Assembly: GCA_964596355.1 (NCBI GenBank)
Contig: CAZQTD010000002.1
Span: forward strand, 24,929-88,928
DNA length: 64,000 nucleotides
Source of the DNA: an uncultured Gammaproteobacteria bacterium
Lineage (GTDB): Bacteria; Patescibacteriota; Microgenomatia; UBA10105; UBA927
Direction of reading: 5' to 3'
Below the pieces are notes generated by a model, which saw only the letters and a program-made list of their open reading frames with translations, had not been told where the DNA came from and did not search any database. Both the position numbers and the translations under genes were made by a program. Positions 27,487 to 36,396 of this stretch are shown here, piece by piece (within the stretch, counting starts at the first letter, position 1; every line of letters begins with the position of its first letter).

Positions 27487-28497
27487 ATGGACGAACAGGT
27501 ATTTGCGCGCGCAAAAGAACTTCTCATGAAACTAGCGTTGGATGAAAAACGCAAAACCATTCGTCTTCTGGAGGCGGAAAGCGGTCATCCGGATTTTTGG
27601 AACGATCCTAAAGCCGCTGCACAAAAAATGAAGCGTCTTGCCGCGCTCCAAAAAGAGCTTGACGAAGGAGAAAGGCTTGAGCGACTTATTTCTGAAAGGA
27701 GAGAAAAAGAACTAGCGGACGAAATTCGCCGGCTAGAATTTGCATTGTATCTTTCGGGTCCTTACGATGAAGGCGATGCCATCATCGCGCTGCACGCGGG
27801 GCAGGGAGGGACTGAAGCGATGGACTGGACTGCGATGCTCTATCGGATGTATAGCCGATATAGTGAACGCAAAGGCTGGGAAGTTGAGGAAATTGACTAT
27901 ACGCCGGGTGATGAGGCGGGGATAAAAAGCGTGACTGTTAATGTATCGGGAAAATTTGCCTACGGATTTTTGAAAGCCGAAGCAGGGGTCCACAGACTCG
28001 TGCGACAGTCGCCGTTTAATGCCGATAATCTGCGTCAAACGTCGTTTGCCATGGTGGAAGTGTGGCCTGTTATAGAGGAAGAATCTGCCGTGACGATCAG
28101 AGAAGAAGATTTGGAGTGGGATTTTTTCCGCTCCGGTGGCAAAGGCGGGCAAAACGTCAATAAAGTATCCACTGCCGTCCGATTGAAGCATAAGCCCACA
28201 GGAATTATCATCACGAGCCAATCGCAGCGCTACCAAGGTCAAAACAGAGAATATGCGTTGAAAGTCCTGAAGGCCAAGCTGTGGGCACTCGAAGAGGATT
28301 CCAAACGCAGGCGGCAGGAAAAAATGAAAGGAGCGTATAAAACGCCCGGATGGGGGAATCAGATACGATCGTATGTCCTTCATCCGTACCACATGGTTAA
28401 AGATTTACGGACTCATTACGAGACAAGCGACACCGGCAGGGTGCTTGATGGCGATATCGAAGATTTTATGACCTCATACTTGAAAAAACTCGCATAA
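27487..28497 (+). CDS. prfB: peptide chain release factor 2
   Basis: SPF tripeptide (RQSPFNA), which is RF2-specific, and GGQ ([10 protein letters not shown]). Encoded in a single frame with no programmed +1 frameshift site. Confidence 0.85.
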   Translation: MDEQVFARAKELLMKLALDEKRKTIRLLEAESGHPDFWNDPKAAAQKMKRLAALQKELDEGERLERLISERREKELADEIRRLEFALYLSGPYDEGDAIIALHAGQGGTEAMDWTAMLYRMYSRYSERKGWEVEEIDYTPGDEAGIKSVTVNVSGKFAYGFLKAEAGVHRLVRQSPFNADNLRQTSFAMVEVWPVIEEESAVTIREEDLEWDFFRSGGKGGQNVNKVSTAVRLKHKPTGIIITSQSQRYQGQNREYALKVLKAKLWALEEDSKRRRQEKMKGAYKTPGWGNQIRSYVLHPYHMVKDLRTHYETSDTGRVLDGDIEDFMTSYLKKLA

Positions 28498-28534
28498 GGC
28501 ATGATAATGGTTAGATAAACGAGGGAGAATACGT

Positions 28535-29023
28535 ATGGAAAGAAAATCCGCCCCGTCCGCAGTATCGCCTCAAGCGAAGGATGCTCCCGTTATCAAAAAG
28601 ATCGATGATCAATCATTAGAAGAAGGAGATCAGAATATGCAAAAACGGTTAGTGATTGGAGTCTATGCCCTGTTGGTTTTGTTAGGTGTTGGGACTGGGT
28701 ACCTTTTATCAAGAACATTTGGCGGAGGCGCTCTGATGCCGGGAAGCAAGTCGACAGTGATAAAAACAGAAACGGTCGTCGGAAGCACCGACACTCAAAC
28801 ATTTAAGGATTCGGCTGAAGGCATCATTGAAAAAGGCGGTATAGATGGGGAGGGTTCGCACAAACTTATTCGAGATGGCGGGCCGTCCCAGACAGCGTTT
28901 CTTATATCGTCGGTGATTGATCTGGACGAGTACGTTGGCAAAAAAGTGAAAGTGTGGGGGCAGACGTTTGCAGCCAAAAAGGCATCATGGCTCATGGATG
29001 TGGGTAAAATCGAATTGCAATGA
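28535..29023 (+). CDS. hypothetical membrane-anchored protein, co-operonic with ftsEX
   Basis: 162 aa. N-terminal charged region then one TM helix (LVIGVYALLVLLGVGTGYLL). Its ATGA stop/start overlap with ftsE suggests translational coupling. Confidence 0.4.
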   Translation: MERKSAPSAVSPQAKDAPVIKKIDDQSLEEGDQNMQKRLVIGVYALLVLLGVGTGYLLSRTFGGGALMPGSKSTVIKTETVVGSTDTQTFKDSAEGIIEKGGIDGEGSHKLIRDGGPSQTAFLISSVIDLDEYVGKKVKVWGQTFAAKKASWLMDVGKIELQ

Positions 29024-29763
29024 TTCGTTTTCAGGATGTTTCAAAACGCTTTCTCGGGCATATCAACGCCCTGTCCAATATAACCGTCACAATACAGGAC
29101 GGCGAGTTTGTGTTTCTTATCGGTCCTTCAGGCGCGGGTAAAACAACGTTTTTACGACTCCTTATTCGCGACATCCTGCCCACTAGCGGAAGCGTATATG
29201 TGGATGATTGGCAATTAGATACCCTTCCGCCGCAAAAAATTTATCTTCTTAGAAGAAAAGTGGGGACGGTATTTCAGGATTTTAAATTGTTAACCGACCG
29301 CACAGTTTTTGAAAACGTTGCACTGGGGCTGGAAATTCTTGGCAAAAGCGAAATGGACATTGCTTCGCGGGTGGATGATGTTTTGGAGCTTGTAGGATTG
29401 AGTTCTCGACGCAATTTTTTTCCGCGGGAGCTTTCTGCCGGTGAAATGCAGCGGACGAGCATCGCCCGCGCCATAGTGGGTGGTCCAAGCATACTGCTTG
29501 CTGATGAGCCGACGGGCAACTTGGACCCTCAAACGTCGTGGGATATTTTAGACATTCTTCGTGAGGTAAATACCATTGGCACGACAGTGATCATGGCAAC
29601 CCATAACGCGACGATTGTCAATAACATGCGCAAACGTACGATTGCACTTGATAAAGGAGAGATGGTCAGCGATGAAGAAAAAGGTCAGTATAGAGTTTCG
29701 GTAAAATCCAAAAGTTCGCACCAAACGCACCATACCAAAAAAGACCATGAACGTCATGCATAA
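29020..29763 (+). CDS. ftsE: cell division ATP-binding protein FtsE
   Basis: MIRFQDVSKRF start, Walker A GPSGAGKTT, and ABC signature LSAGEMQR. Confidence 0.9.
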   Translation: MIRFQDVSKRFLGHINALSNITVTIQDGEFVFLIGPSGAGKTTFLRLLIRDILPTSGSVYVDDWQLDTLPPQKIYLLRRKVGTVFQDFKLLTDRTVFENVALGLEILGKSEMDIASRVDDVLELVGLSSRRNFFPRELSAGEMQRTSIARAIVGGPSILLADEPTGNLDPQTSWDILDILREVNTIGTTVIMATHNATIVNNMRKRTIALDKGEMVSDEEKGQYRVSVKSKSSHQTHHTKKDHERHA

Positions 29764-30643
29764 TACATGGACGCACATGCGCCGCAGTCCGTATCAGTCG
29801 CTTGCGGCAATCATTACGATGTTTCTCACAATGCTGTTAACCGGCGTATTTCTTGTAACGACGACGGCATCGGCGTTGACTCTTCGATATTTTGAAGGCA
29901 AACCGCAAATAACTGTCTTTTTTCTGGACAATGCTGAAACCAACGATGTTGACGCTCTTAAGCAGACGCTGGAACATACAGGAAAAGTCGCGTCAATTAC
30001 ATATGTTTCCAAAGAAGACGCGCTTGCAATTTATAAAGAGCAGAATAAAAACGATCCGCTTCTTCTGGAAATGGTGACTGCAGACATTCTTCCCGCGTCG
30101 CTTGAGATATCAGCGCTTGACCCGAGCTATTTATCTGTATTGGAACCGATTATTAAAGAAGCCAAGGGAGTGGAAGAAGTCGTCTATCAAAAAGATGTGG
30201 TAGAGAATCTCCTTATTTGGACGCGAGCAATTCGTATCGCCGGCGGCATTTTGGTCGGGCTCTTTGCATTTAACGCAATTCTCATTGTCATGACGGTGAT
30301 AAGCATGAAAATAGCGCTTAAAAAAGACGAAATAGAAATACTCAAGCTTGTCGGCGCTTCTCCGTGGTATATTCGAGGGCCGTTTGTCATCGAAGGGGGA
30401 CTGTATGGAGCAATCGGCGCTGCGGCATCATGGTTCGTTTTGACACTTACGGTGGTTATCATAAGACCAATGCTGGTAGAATTTTTAGGCGTGATTCCAA
30501 CGATTCATCTGATATTGAGCGACCCGCTGTCTTTATCGTTTATTCTTGCGCTCGCGGGCTTTTTGGGTTTGCTTTTAGGAAGCGGATTTCTTCTTGGAAG
30601 CATTGGAAGTATGATTGCATTGAGTCGGTATCTTACGTTTTAG
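29747..30643 (+). CDS. ftsX: cell division permease FtsX
   Basis: 298 aa. One N-terminal TM, a large periplasmic loop, and three C-terminal TMs. Follows ftsE. Confidence 0.8.
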   Translation: MNVMHNTWTHMRRSPYQSLAAIITMFLTMLLTGVFLVTTTASALTLRYFEGKPQITVFFLDNAETNDVDALKQTLEHTGKVASITYVSKEDALAIYKEQNKNDPLLLEMVTADILPASLEISALDPSYLSVLEPIIKEAKGVEEVVYQKDVVENLLIWTRAIRIAGGILVGLFAFNAILIVMTVISMKIALKKDEIEILKLVGASPWYIRGPFVIEGGLYGAIGAAASWFVLTLTVVIIRPMLVEFLGVIPTIHLILSDPLSLSFILALAGFLGLLLGSGFLLGSIGSMIALSRYLTF

Positions 30644-30653
30644 CTCTACATGC

Positions 30654-31790
30654 ATGAAGGTATTTCGATTACTGATCGTGCTTTTGGTGTCTCTTGAGGT
30701 TTGCAGCGGCATATTTTCAGTTGTTGCCCAAAGTGAAATAGAATCAAGAATCAGCGAACTTCAAAAAAAAATTTCGGAGCTTCAAGGTCAGGAAAGAACG
30801 CTGTCAGACAAAATCACGTACTATAATACCCAGATTTCGCTTACCCAGCTGCGGATAGACAGCATTAAGGCTAACATATCAAAGCTTTCAACGGAAATTG
30901 ACGAGCTCAATACGGAAATAGAGCGGCTTGAGGCGTTAAAAACCAGACGGCTGGAACTCGTGCTTCATAGGATTCCGCAAGCGTATAAACGGACCGTTGC
31001 TTCACAGTTTGGCATGGTATTGTTTAGCAAAAATTTTTCTGATTTTCTTTTTCGCGTAAAGTACCTTCTATCCGTTCAAGCGCAAGATTCGTTTTTGTAC
31101 ACACAGCTTCAAAATACACAGGATCACTACAATGAACGAAAGATCCAGCGTGAAAAGAAAAAAGAACAGCACGAAACGCTGAAAAGAGAGCTTGAATTGG
31201 AAACTGCGCAGCTTACCCAGCAGAAAAAAGAAAAGCAGATTCTGCTAGAACAAACCAAAAACAGCGAAGCGATCTATCAACAGCTGTTAGCGCAGGCGCT
31301 CGCTGAGAAACAGGCGCTTGAGCGCGCACTGGTGGATGCCGTTAAAGTGGGGCCGATTAAACAGGGTGATCCGATTGCACTTGTTGGTAATACCGGATAT
31401 CCGGGATGCTCAACTGGTGCGCACCTGCATTTTGAAATTCGAAGAAATAACGGCTGGACTGACCCGGCTGAATTTTTGTCATCCAAAACCGTGATTGATG
31501 AACAGAACGGAGGAAATACGACGCTGGGGCGCGGAAGTTGGCCGTGGCCGCTGGATGATCCCATCAGGCTAACGCAGCATTACGGCAAAACGCCATATTC
31601 TTGGCGGTACGCATATTCAGGCGGCATTCATACGGGGTTTGATATGGTTTCATCAAGCAGCGTCATTCGAGCGCCAAAAGACGGGACGTTATATTCGTCC
31701 AGCCAGACCTGCGGAGGCAGCAGTGTTATAAAAATCAAATATATCGATCATGGTGATGGATTGATAAGCTTTTATCTGCATGTTCAATAA
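30654..31790 (+). CDS. EnvC-like coiled-coil M23 peptidase (murein hydrolase activator/LytM family)
   Basis: Signal peptide, a long coiled-coil (heptad-rich 30-230), and a C-terminal LytM/M23 domain (GNTGYPGCSTGAHLHFEIR). Confidence 0.75.
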   Translation: MKVFRLLIVLLVSLEVCSGIFSVVAQSEIESRISELQKKISELQGQERTLSDKITYYNTQISLTQLRIDSIKANISKLSTEIDELNTEIERLEALKTRRLELVLHRIPQAYKRTVASQFGMVLFSKNFSDFLFRVKYLLSVQAQDSFLYTQLQNTQDHYNERKIQREKKKEQHETLKRELELETAQLTQQKKEKQILLEQTKNSEAIYQQLLAQALAEKQALERALVDAVKVGPIKQGDPIALVGNTGYPGCSTGAHLHFEIRRNNGWTDPAEFLSSKTVIDEQNGGNTTLGRGSWPWPLDDPIRLTQHYGKTPYSWRYAYSGGIHTGFDMVSSSSVIRAPKDGTLYSSSQTCGGSSVIKIKYIDHGDGLISFYLHVQ

Positions 31791-32634
31791 TTTGCATCAT
31801 GTTGCGGTAGGGGTATGCGCAATTGGTATTGCGCTGTCGTTTCCTCTTTCGTTGGTACAAGCAGACGTCGTCATTAATGAGTTTAGTTCTGGCAGTACTT
31901 CGGATTGGATTGAAGTATATAATTCCGGCGACACAGCAGACCTTTCTTTTTATAAGCTGCGAGATTCGGGAACAAATGTCAAAGATTTAGACGGAGAAAT
32001 TGGACCGGGTGCGTTCGTTTCGTTTTCGTTTAGCAACTGGCTTAACAATACCGGAGACACCGTTCGGTTGATGCGCGTATCCGACGGAGGCGAGGAGGAA
32101 GTTGACCATATTACGTATGGAGAAGGCGGCATATGCGCGCCATCGGCAAGTCAGACTATAGGAAGACAGCCGGACGGTAGTGCAGCAATCGTTCGCTTTT
32201 CTTCAGGAAGTCAAAACGCTTCTAATAATTCAAGTACACAGGAGCCTTGTCCGACTCCAAGTCCCACGCCGACGCTTACTCCGATGCCTACATTAACACC
32301 CACCAACACGCCGTCGTCTACGCCGACTCACACTCCGACCAAAACTCCCACGCCCAGTAAAACTCCCACGACCACAAAAACTCCTACTCCGTCGCTCAAA
32401 AAAAGTCCGACCCCAACAGGGGAACAATCCGAGCCGCCAACGCCGGAAGAAGAATCCGGAGAAGTTGAAAGCGCTTTTATCGCATCAGAATCGTCGCCGC
32501 TTGAATCTGAATCAAGAAAAAAAGTTCTTCCGCTTGTTATCTCGCTTCTTTTTGTTTCTGTGGGATCTGCGCTTTTGGCGCTGGTATTTATTTGGAAAAA
32601 GCGGCACGCGATGGTTTCACCAAAAACAGAATGA
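31780..32634 (+). CDS. lamin-tail-domain (LTD) protein with Pro/Thr-rich linker and C-terminal TM anchor
   Basis: VVINEF...DWIEVYN...LRD is the LTD signature. Then PCPTPSPTPTLTPMPTLTPTNTPSSTPTHTPTKTPTPSKTPTTTKTPTPS, an acidic stretch, and a C-terminal hydrophobic helix plus KKRH. Confidence 0.6.
   Translation: MFNNLHHVAVGVCAIGIALSFPLSLVQADVVINEFSSGSTSDWIEVYNSGDTADLSFYKLRDSGTNVKDLDGEIGPGAFVSFSFSNWLNNTGDTVRLMRVSDGGEEEVDHITYGEGGICAPSASQTIGRQPDGSAAIVRFSSGSQNASNNSSTQEPCPTPSPTPTLTPMPTLTPTNTPSSTPTHTPTKTPTPSKTPTTTKTPTPSLKKSPTPTGEQSEPPTPEEESGEVESAFIASESSPLESESRKKVLPLVISLLFVSVGSALLALVFIWKKRHAMVSPKTE
32230..32425 (+). repeat. low-complexity ACNCCNAC(N) codon repeats encoding the PT linker of the LTD protein
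   Basis: Degenerate tandem ACG/ACT/CCC/CCG units seen directly in the sequence. Confidence 0.5.
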
Positions 32635-32645
32635 TGCTGCATGCT

Positions 32646-33074
32646 ATGGCAATGAAAGCAGTGGAGTTTTTTCGACTATGGGCTCCGGTAATCGTCTGGA
32701 TGGCGATTATATTTCTTTTATCCAGCCGCCAGCGCATTGAGATTTCCTCTGAACATGTTGTTAACTTCGTATTTTTCAAAGCGCTTCACATGATTGAGTA
32801 CGCTGTTCTTTTTCTCTTGAGCTATCGCGCAGTTAACAATACGTTAAAGAGAAAAAACGCAGTCAACCCATTCATTCTAGCAATAGTCTTGACTATGGCG
32901 TATGCAATTTCCGATGAATTGCACCAGTCATTTGTTCCAACGCGCGAAGGAAAGGCACGCGATGTTATAATTGACGCGCTGGGAGCAATTCTGGCATGGG
33001 TGGCACTCAAACGATTACTACCAAGAGTCCCGAAGAAACTCAACAGGTGGGTCAAAGCCTTGCAACTTTTTTAA
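32646..33074 (+). CDS. VanZ-like family membrane protein
   Basis: Polytopic small protein (WAPVIVWMAIIFLLSS...HMIEYAVLFLL) matching VanZ-like topology. Start set to an internal Met to avoid overlapping the LTD gene. Confidence 0.6.
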   Translation: MAMKAVEFFRLWAPVIVWMAIIFLLSSRQRIEISSEHVVNFVFFKALHMIEYAVLFLLSYRAVNNTLKRKNAVNPFILAIVLTMAYAISDELHQSFVPTREGKARDVIIDALGAILAWVALKRLLPRVPKKLNRWVKALQLF

Positions 33075-33460
33075 AAAAAGAGAGGAGTGTTCAAGGATTG
33101 GCGCGTATTGTGTGTCTGTATGGAGAATTGGGAAGCGGGAAGACCACGTTTGCGCAAGGGTTTGCCAAGGGTCTTGGGATTTTCCGGCGACTTCCCTCCC
33201 CGACGTTTATTATTGTACGACGTTATGATATTTCCCGAACACGAAATGTGTTCTATCATCTGGACTTATATCGTGTGAATTCTGTACAAGAGGTGGATGA
33301 ATTAGGCGTGAATGAAATATTCCGTGATTCCAATGCTTACGTCATCATTGAATGGGCGGAAAAACTGGGAGGGTTATTGCCGGATCGTCGTACCGATATA
33401 CACTTTACGATGGTAAGCGATGGCAGGCACAGGTTGAGCTTCATTAGCCTACATAAATAA
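32996..33460 (+). CDS. tsaE: t6A biosynthesis ATPase TsaE (YjeE)
   Basis: LYGELGSGKTTFAQGF P-loop and PSPTFIIVRRYD...HLDLYRV motifs. Overlaps the vanZ-like 3' end by 79 nt. Confidence 0.75.
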   Translation: MGGTQTITTKSPEETQQVGQSLATFLKKERSVQGLARIVCLYGELGSGKTTFAQGFAKGLGIFRRLPSPTFIIVRRYDISRTRNVFYHLDLYRVNSVQEVDELGVNEIFRDSNAYVIIEWAEKLGGLLPDRRTDIHFTMVSDGRHRLSFISLHK

Positions 33461-33532
33461 CCACGAAGAAGAAATTGAAATTTGGTTCATTAAGACGTAT
33501 TGGAAATTAGGTCAATTAGAAATTAGAAATGT

Positions 33533-34111
33533 ATGAACAATATACAAAAAGCAATCACTGCGCTAGCCGCAGGAGGCATTATTATTTATCCTACCGACAC
33601 CGCCTTCGGTATAGGGTGCAGGATCGATAACCATGAAGCGGTTAATAAACTGTTCCGCATCCGCAGACGGCCGATTTCACAGGCTATGCCTGTATTGGTT
33701 TCTTCAAAAGCCATGGCTCTCACCTATTTTGACAACCCTTCAGATATTGTACGACGTTTGATGGATATGTATTGGCCGGGTGCGCTGACGATCGTTGCGC
33801 CGTGCAAGACATCGTTACTATACTCTCCTATCCGCGCCGGCGGTGATACGGTTGGCATTCGTCAGCCTCGTCACGACATTCCATGTGCGATAATAGAGGC
33901 CATCGGCGTGCCGATTCTTGGGCCATCTGCCAATTTTCATGGAGAACCAACGCCCTACTCCATGGATGATCTTAGTCCGGAGCTAATGACGCTCGTAGAT
34001 TATGTTGTCCCCGGGCAATGTCCGGTGGGTGTAGCATCAACCGTTGTAGACTGTACATCATCGCCGTATCGCATTATTCGTCAGGGGTCAATAGTTCTTC
34101 CGTGTGAATGA
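33533..34111 (+). CDS. tsaC: L-threonylcarbamoyladenylate synthase TsaC/YrdC
   Basis: GGIIIYPTDTAFGIGC and KLFRIRRRP motifs of the YrdC/Sua5 family. 192 aa, so YrdC-only with no Sua5 domain. Confidence 0.8.
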   Translation: MNNIQKAITALAAGGIIIYPTDTAFGIGCRIDNHEAVNKLFRIRRRPISQAMPVLVSSKAMALTYFDNPSDIVRRLMDMYWPGALTIVAPCKTSLLYSPIRAGGDTVGIRQPRHDIPCAIIEAIGVPILGPSANFHGEPTPYSMDDLSPELMTLVDYVVPGQCPVGVASTVVDCTSSPYRIIRQGSIVLPCE

Positions 34112-34152
34112 TTTACACACGATATCGATATATGAGAAATCGAACAATTATC

Positions 34153-34494
34153 ATGCGTTTAGATACATCCACGCCGCATGAAGCTCGTGTCCGCTTGATT
34201 GTTGACGGCAGGGCAGTAGAAAAAGTCGCGGTTTCAGAGAAACTCAAAGCGCAAACGGTTTTGCCACTTATTGAAGAAATCATTCGTGAACACGGCATCG
34301 CGCTTGCCGATATCACACATATAGAAGTAACGACCGGCCCAGGTTCATTTACCGGAATTCGCGTCGGACTATCCGTAGTTAATACTCTTGCGACGCTTCT
34401 TCATGTCCCGGTTAACGGAAAACAGGGTCTTGCCGAGCCGGTCTATTCGGCTTACAATGGGCAAAAGGATAATAGAACTAAGGAAAGGAGTTGA
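34153..34494 (+). CDS. tsaB: TsaB (YeaZ)-like protein, truncated to the N-terminal ASKHA half
   Basis: MRLDTSTP...IEVTTGPGSFTGIRVGLSVVNTLA matches the TsaB N-terminal domain. Only about 113 aa; the C-terminal half is absent. Confidence 0.6.
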   Translation: MRLDTSTPHEARVRLIVDGRAVEKVAVSEKLKAQTVLPLIEEIIREHGIALADITHIEVTTGPGSFTGIRVGLSVVNTLATLLHVPVNGKQGLAEPVYSAYNGQKDNRTKERS

Positions 34495-34495
34495 T

Positions 34496-35110
34496 ATGGC
34501 AGGAGAAAAATCTGAAAACGTTGAGGAGAAAGGGTCGGCAAAAAAGAGTTCAAACACGCTCTTGATCGTTGGACTTGGGTGTTTGGGAGTGGTTGTTCTT
34601 TTGGCTATTGTCGGAGCTGTTGTCGGTCGGGTGCTCGTAAAAAATGCCGGCCGTGTCGGCACGTCGCTTCTTCAAGAGACGATTGAGAAGCAAACTGGCA
34701 TTAAAACCGATCTAAGCGACGTTGAAGAAGGAAAAATGACGTTCACGGACACGAAAACCGGATCAACGGTTGACATCGGTTCAGGAAAACTGCCTGATAA
34801 TTTTCCCAAAGATTTTCCTGTCTATCCCGGATCAAAGGTCGCAAGCGCGGCTTCCGGAAGTGAAAAAGGAGAACAAGAAGGATTTTGGGTTACGTTGACC
34901 ACCTCTGATTCGACTGACAAGGTCAATATGTACTATAAAACCAATCTAGCTGCTAACGGATGGGAAACATCCGCTACGTACCAGGCGGAAGACGCATCGA
35001 CGCAGACCATACGTAAAGGAACGATGAGCGGCAGTCTGACCGTTACCAGAGATGGGGACGACATAACGACAAATATCGTTATTGTGCTAGGCCAAGAAGC
35101 CGGCGAGTAA
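34496..35110 (+). CDS. hypothetical membrane-anchored extracytoplasmic protein
   Basis: 204 aa. Charged N-terminus and one TM (LLIVGLGCLGVVVLLAIVGAVVG). No recognisable domain. Confidence 0.4.
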   Translation: MAGEKSENVEEKGSAKKSSNTLLIVGLGCLGVVVLLAIVGAVVGRVLVKNAGRVGTSLLQETIEKQTGIKTDLSDVEEGKMTFTDTKTGSTVDIGSGKLPDNFPKDFPVYPGSKVASAASGSEKGEQEGFWVTLTTSDSTDKVNMYYKTNLAANGWETSATYQAEDASTQTIRKGTMSGSLTVTRDGDDITTNIVIVLGQEAGE

Positions 35111-35160
35111 CTGTGTTGCGGACTAGTCTTTTTTGCCGGTTCTTATTATGATGAATAGGT

Positions 35161-36147
35161 ATGACAATTATAGGGGTTGTGGTTCACCTCTTTGTTCCGC
35201 ACCACTCAAATAACCATCGGTCAAAAGTTCTTCATGTAGAATCGCTTCTCGTCTACGTGTTAGTATTCGCCATCTTAAATCTTGGGGTTCGGATCCTTCA
35301 TAGGACGATGCCTGACGTATTGGGATATGCTACAGATATCCACGTTGAGCAGCTTTTGAGTGAAACCAATGGACTGCGTCAAGGAGCGGGACTTGCTCCA
35401 TTAGCTCTCAATCAGCAACTATCGGCTGCCGCCGCACAAAAGGCCCAGGACATGTTTGCCAAAGGGTATTGGGCGCACAATAGTCCTAGCGGGGCGACTC
35501 CTTGGGACTTCATTTCCCAAGCGGGATACAAATACACCGTAGCAGGAGAAAACCTCGCCAAGAATTTTTCAACGAGCAAAGGCGTGATTGACGCGTGGAT
35601 GGCATCTCCTACGCACAGAGACAATATTTTGAAGCCTGCTTACAGAGAAGTGGGATTCGCCGTGGTCAACGGGATTCTCAATGGAGAAGAAACAACGCTC
35701 GTGGTTCAGATGTTTGGCGCATCCTCAACACCGCTTGCAATTGCGCCGCCAAAACCGGCCGTGCCTGTTGCGGTAAGCCAAAAAGCAGCGGTGACAGAAA
35801 AACCGTTACAGCCAACGAAGGCGCCTGCCAGAGAAGGGGCAACCCCTCTTGTGACCCCGACGGCAGCACCTCTAGCGCCGCCTGTTCTGGCTTATGGCAA
35901 ATCCATAGAGCCAATTTCGAGCGCATTCCTTGGAGTGACCAAGCAGCCCGCGATTAATATCCCTTCGCTTACGCGGGACATTGTTTTTGTGTTTGCCGGG
36001 GTTATTTTGGGGGTTTTGGCGCTTGACGCGTGGATTGTATCGCGCCGCCGCGTCGTTCGGGTTGCAGGACATAATATCGCGCACTTTTTATTTCTTAGCG
36101 CGATGGTCATTGCGGCAAGCATGGTGGGGAGAGGGAGTTTGATATGA
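35161..36147 (+). CDS. CAP/SCP/PR-1-like domain protein with Pro-rich linker and C-terminal TM segments
   Basis: GYWAHNSPSG...GENLA...WMASPTHRDNIL matches CAP (YkwD-like) motifs. Has an N-terminal TM, a linker PAVPVAVSQKAAVTEKPLQPTKAPAREGATPLVTPTAAPLAPP, and two C-terminal TM helices. Confidence 0.7.
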   Translation: MTIIGVVVHLFVPHHSNNHRSKVLHVESLLVYVLVFAILNLGVRILHRTMPDVLGYATDIHVEQLLSETNGLRQGAGLAPLALNQQLSAAAAQKAQDMFAKGYWAHNSPSGATPWDFISQAGYKYTVAGENLAKNFSTSKGVIDAWMASPTHRDNILKPAYREVGFAVVNGILNGEETTLVVQMFGASSTPLAIAPPKPAVPVAVSQKAAVTEKPLQPTKAPAREGATPLVTPTAAPLAPPVLAYGKSIEPISSAFLGVTKQPAINIPSLTRDIVFVFAGVILGVLALDAWIVSRRRVVRVAGHNIAHFLFLSAMVIAASMVGRGSLI

Positions 36148-36392
36148 ACATGAATATCATTCAGTACAGTGTACTTGCTTTCATCCTTATTGCCGGAATT
36201 GCGTCGTTTCAGTATGTTAAACCCGATTCAACAGCACAGCTTATGATTGGGATTGCAACATCTGTGGCATATGTGGCGTGGGGCATTATTCATCATTTCA
36301 TTCGGCGAGATTTGCACAAGCGGGTTGTAGTAGAATATATTTTGATTGGAGCGATTGCAATCACTCTTCTTGTTACCGTTATAGACCTATAA
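36144..36392 (+). CDS. small integral membrane protein (2-3 TM), hypothetical
   Basis: 82 aa with hydrophobic helices. Overlaps the previous stop (ATGA). Confidence 0.3.
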   Translation: MNMNIIQYSVLAFILIAGIASFQYVKPDSTAQLMIGIATSVAYVAWGIIHHFIRRDLHKRVVVEYILIGAIAITLLVTVIDL

Positions 36393-36396
36393 TACT

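Noticed and set aside
27400-27500. Programmed +1 frameshift site in prfB
   Set aside because: RF2 reads through in one frame from its ATG. No CUU-UGA-like shifty site or upstream leader ORF in another frame was seen.
27733-28392. 219-aa minus-strand ORF inside prfB
   Set aside because: Antisense to RF2, which has unambiguous SPF/GGQ motifs.
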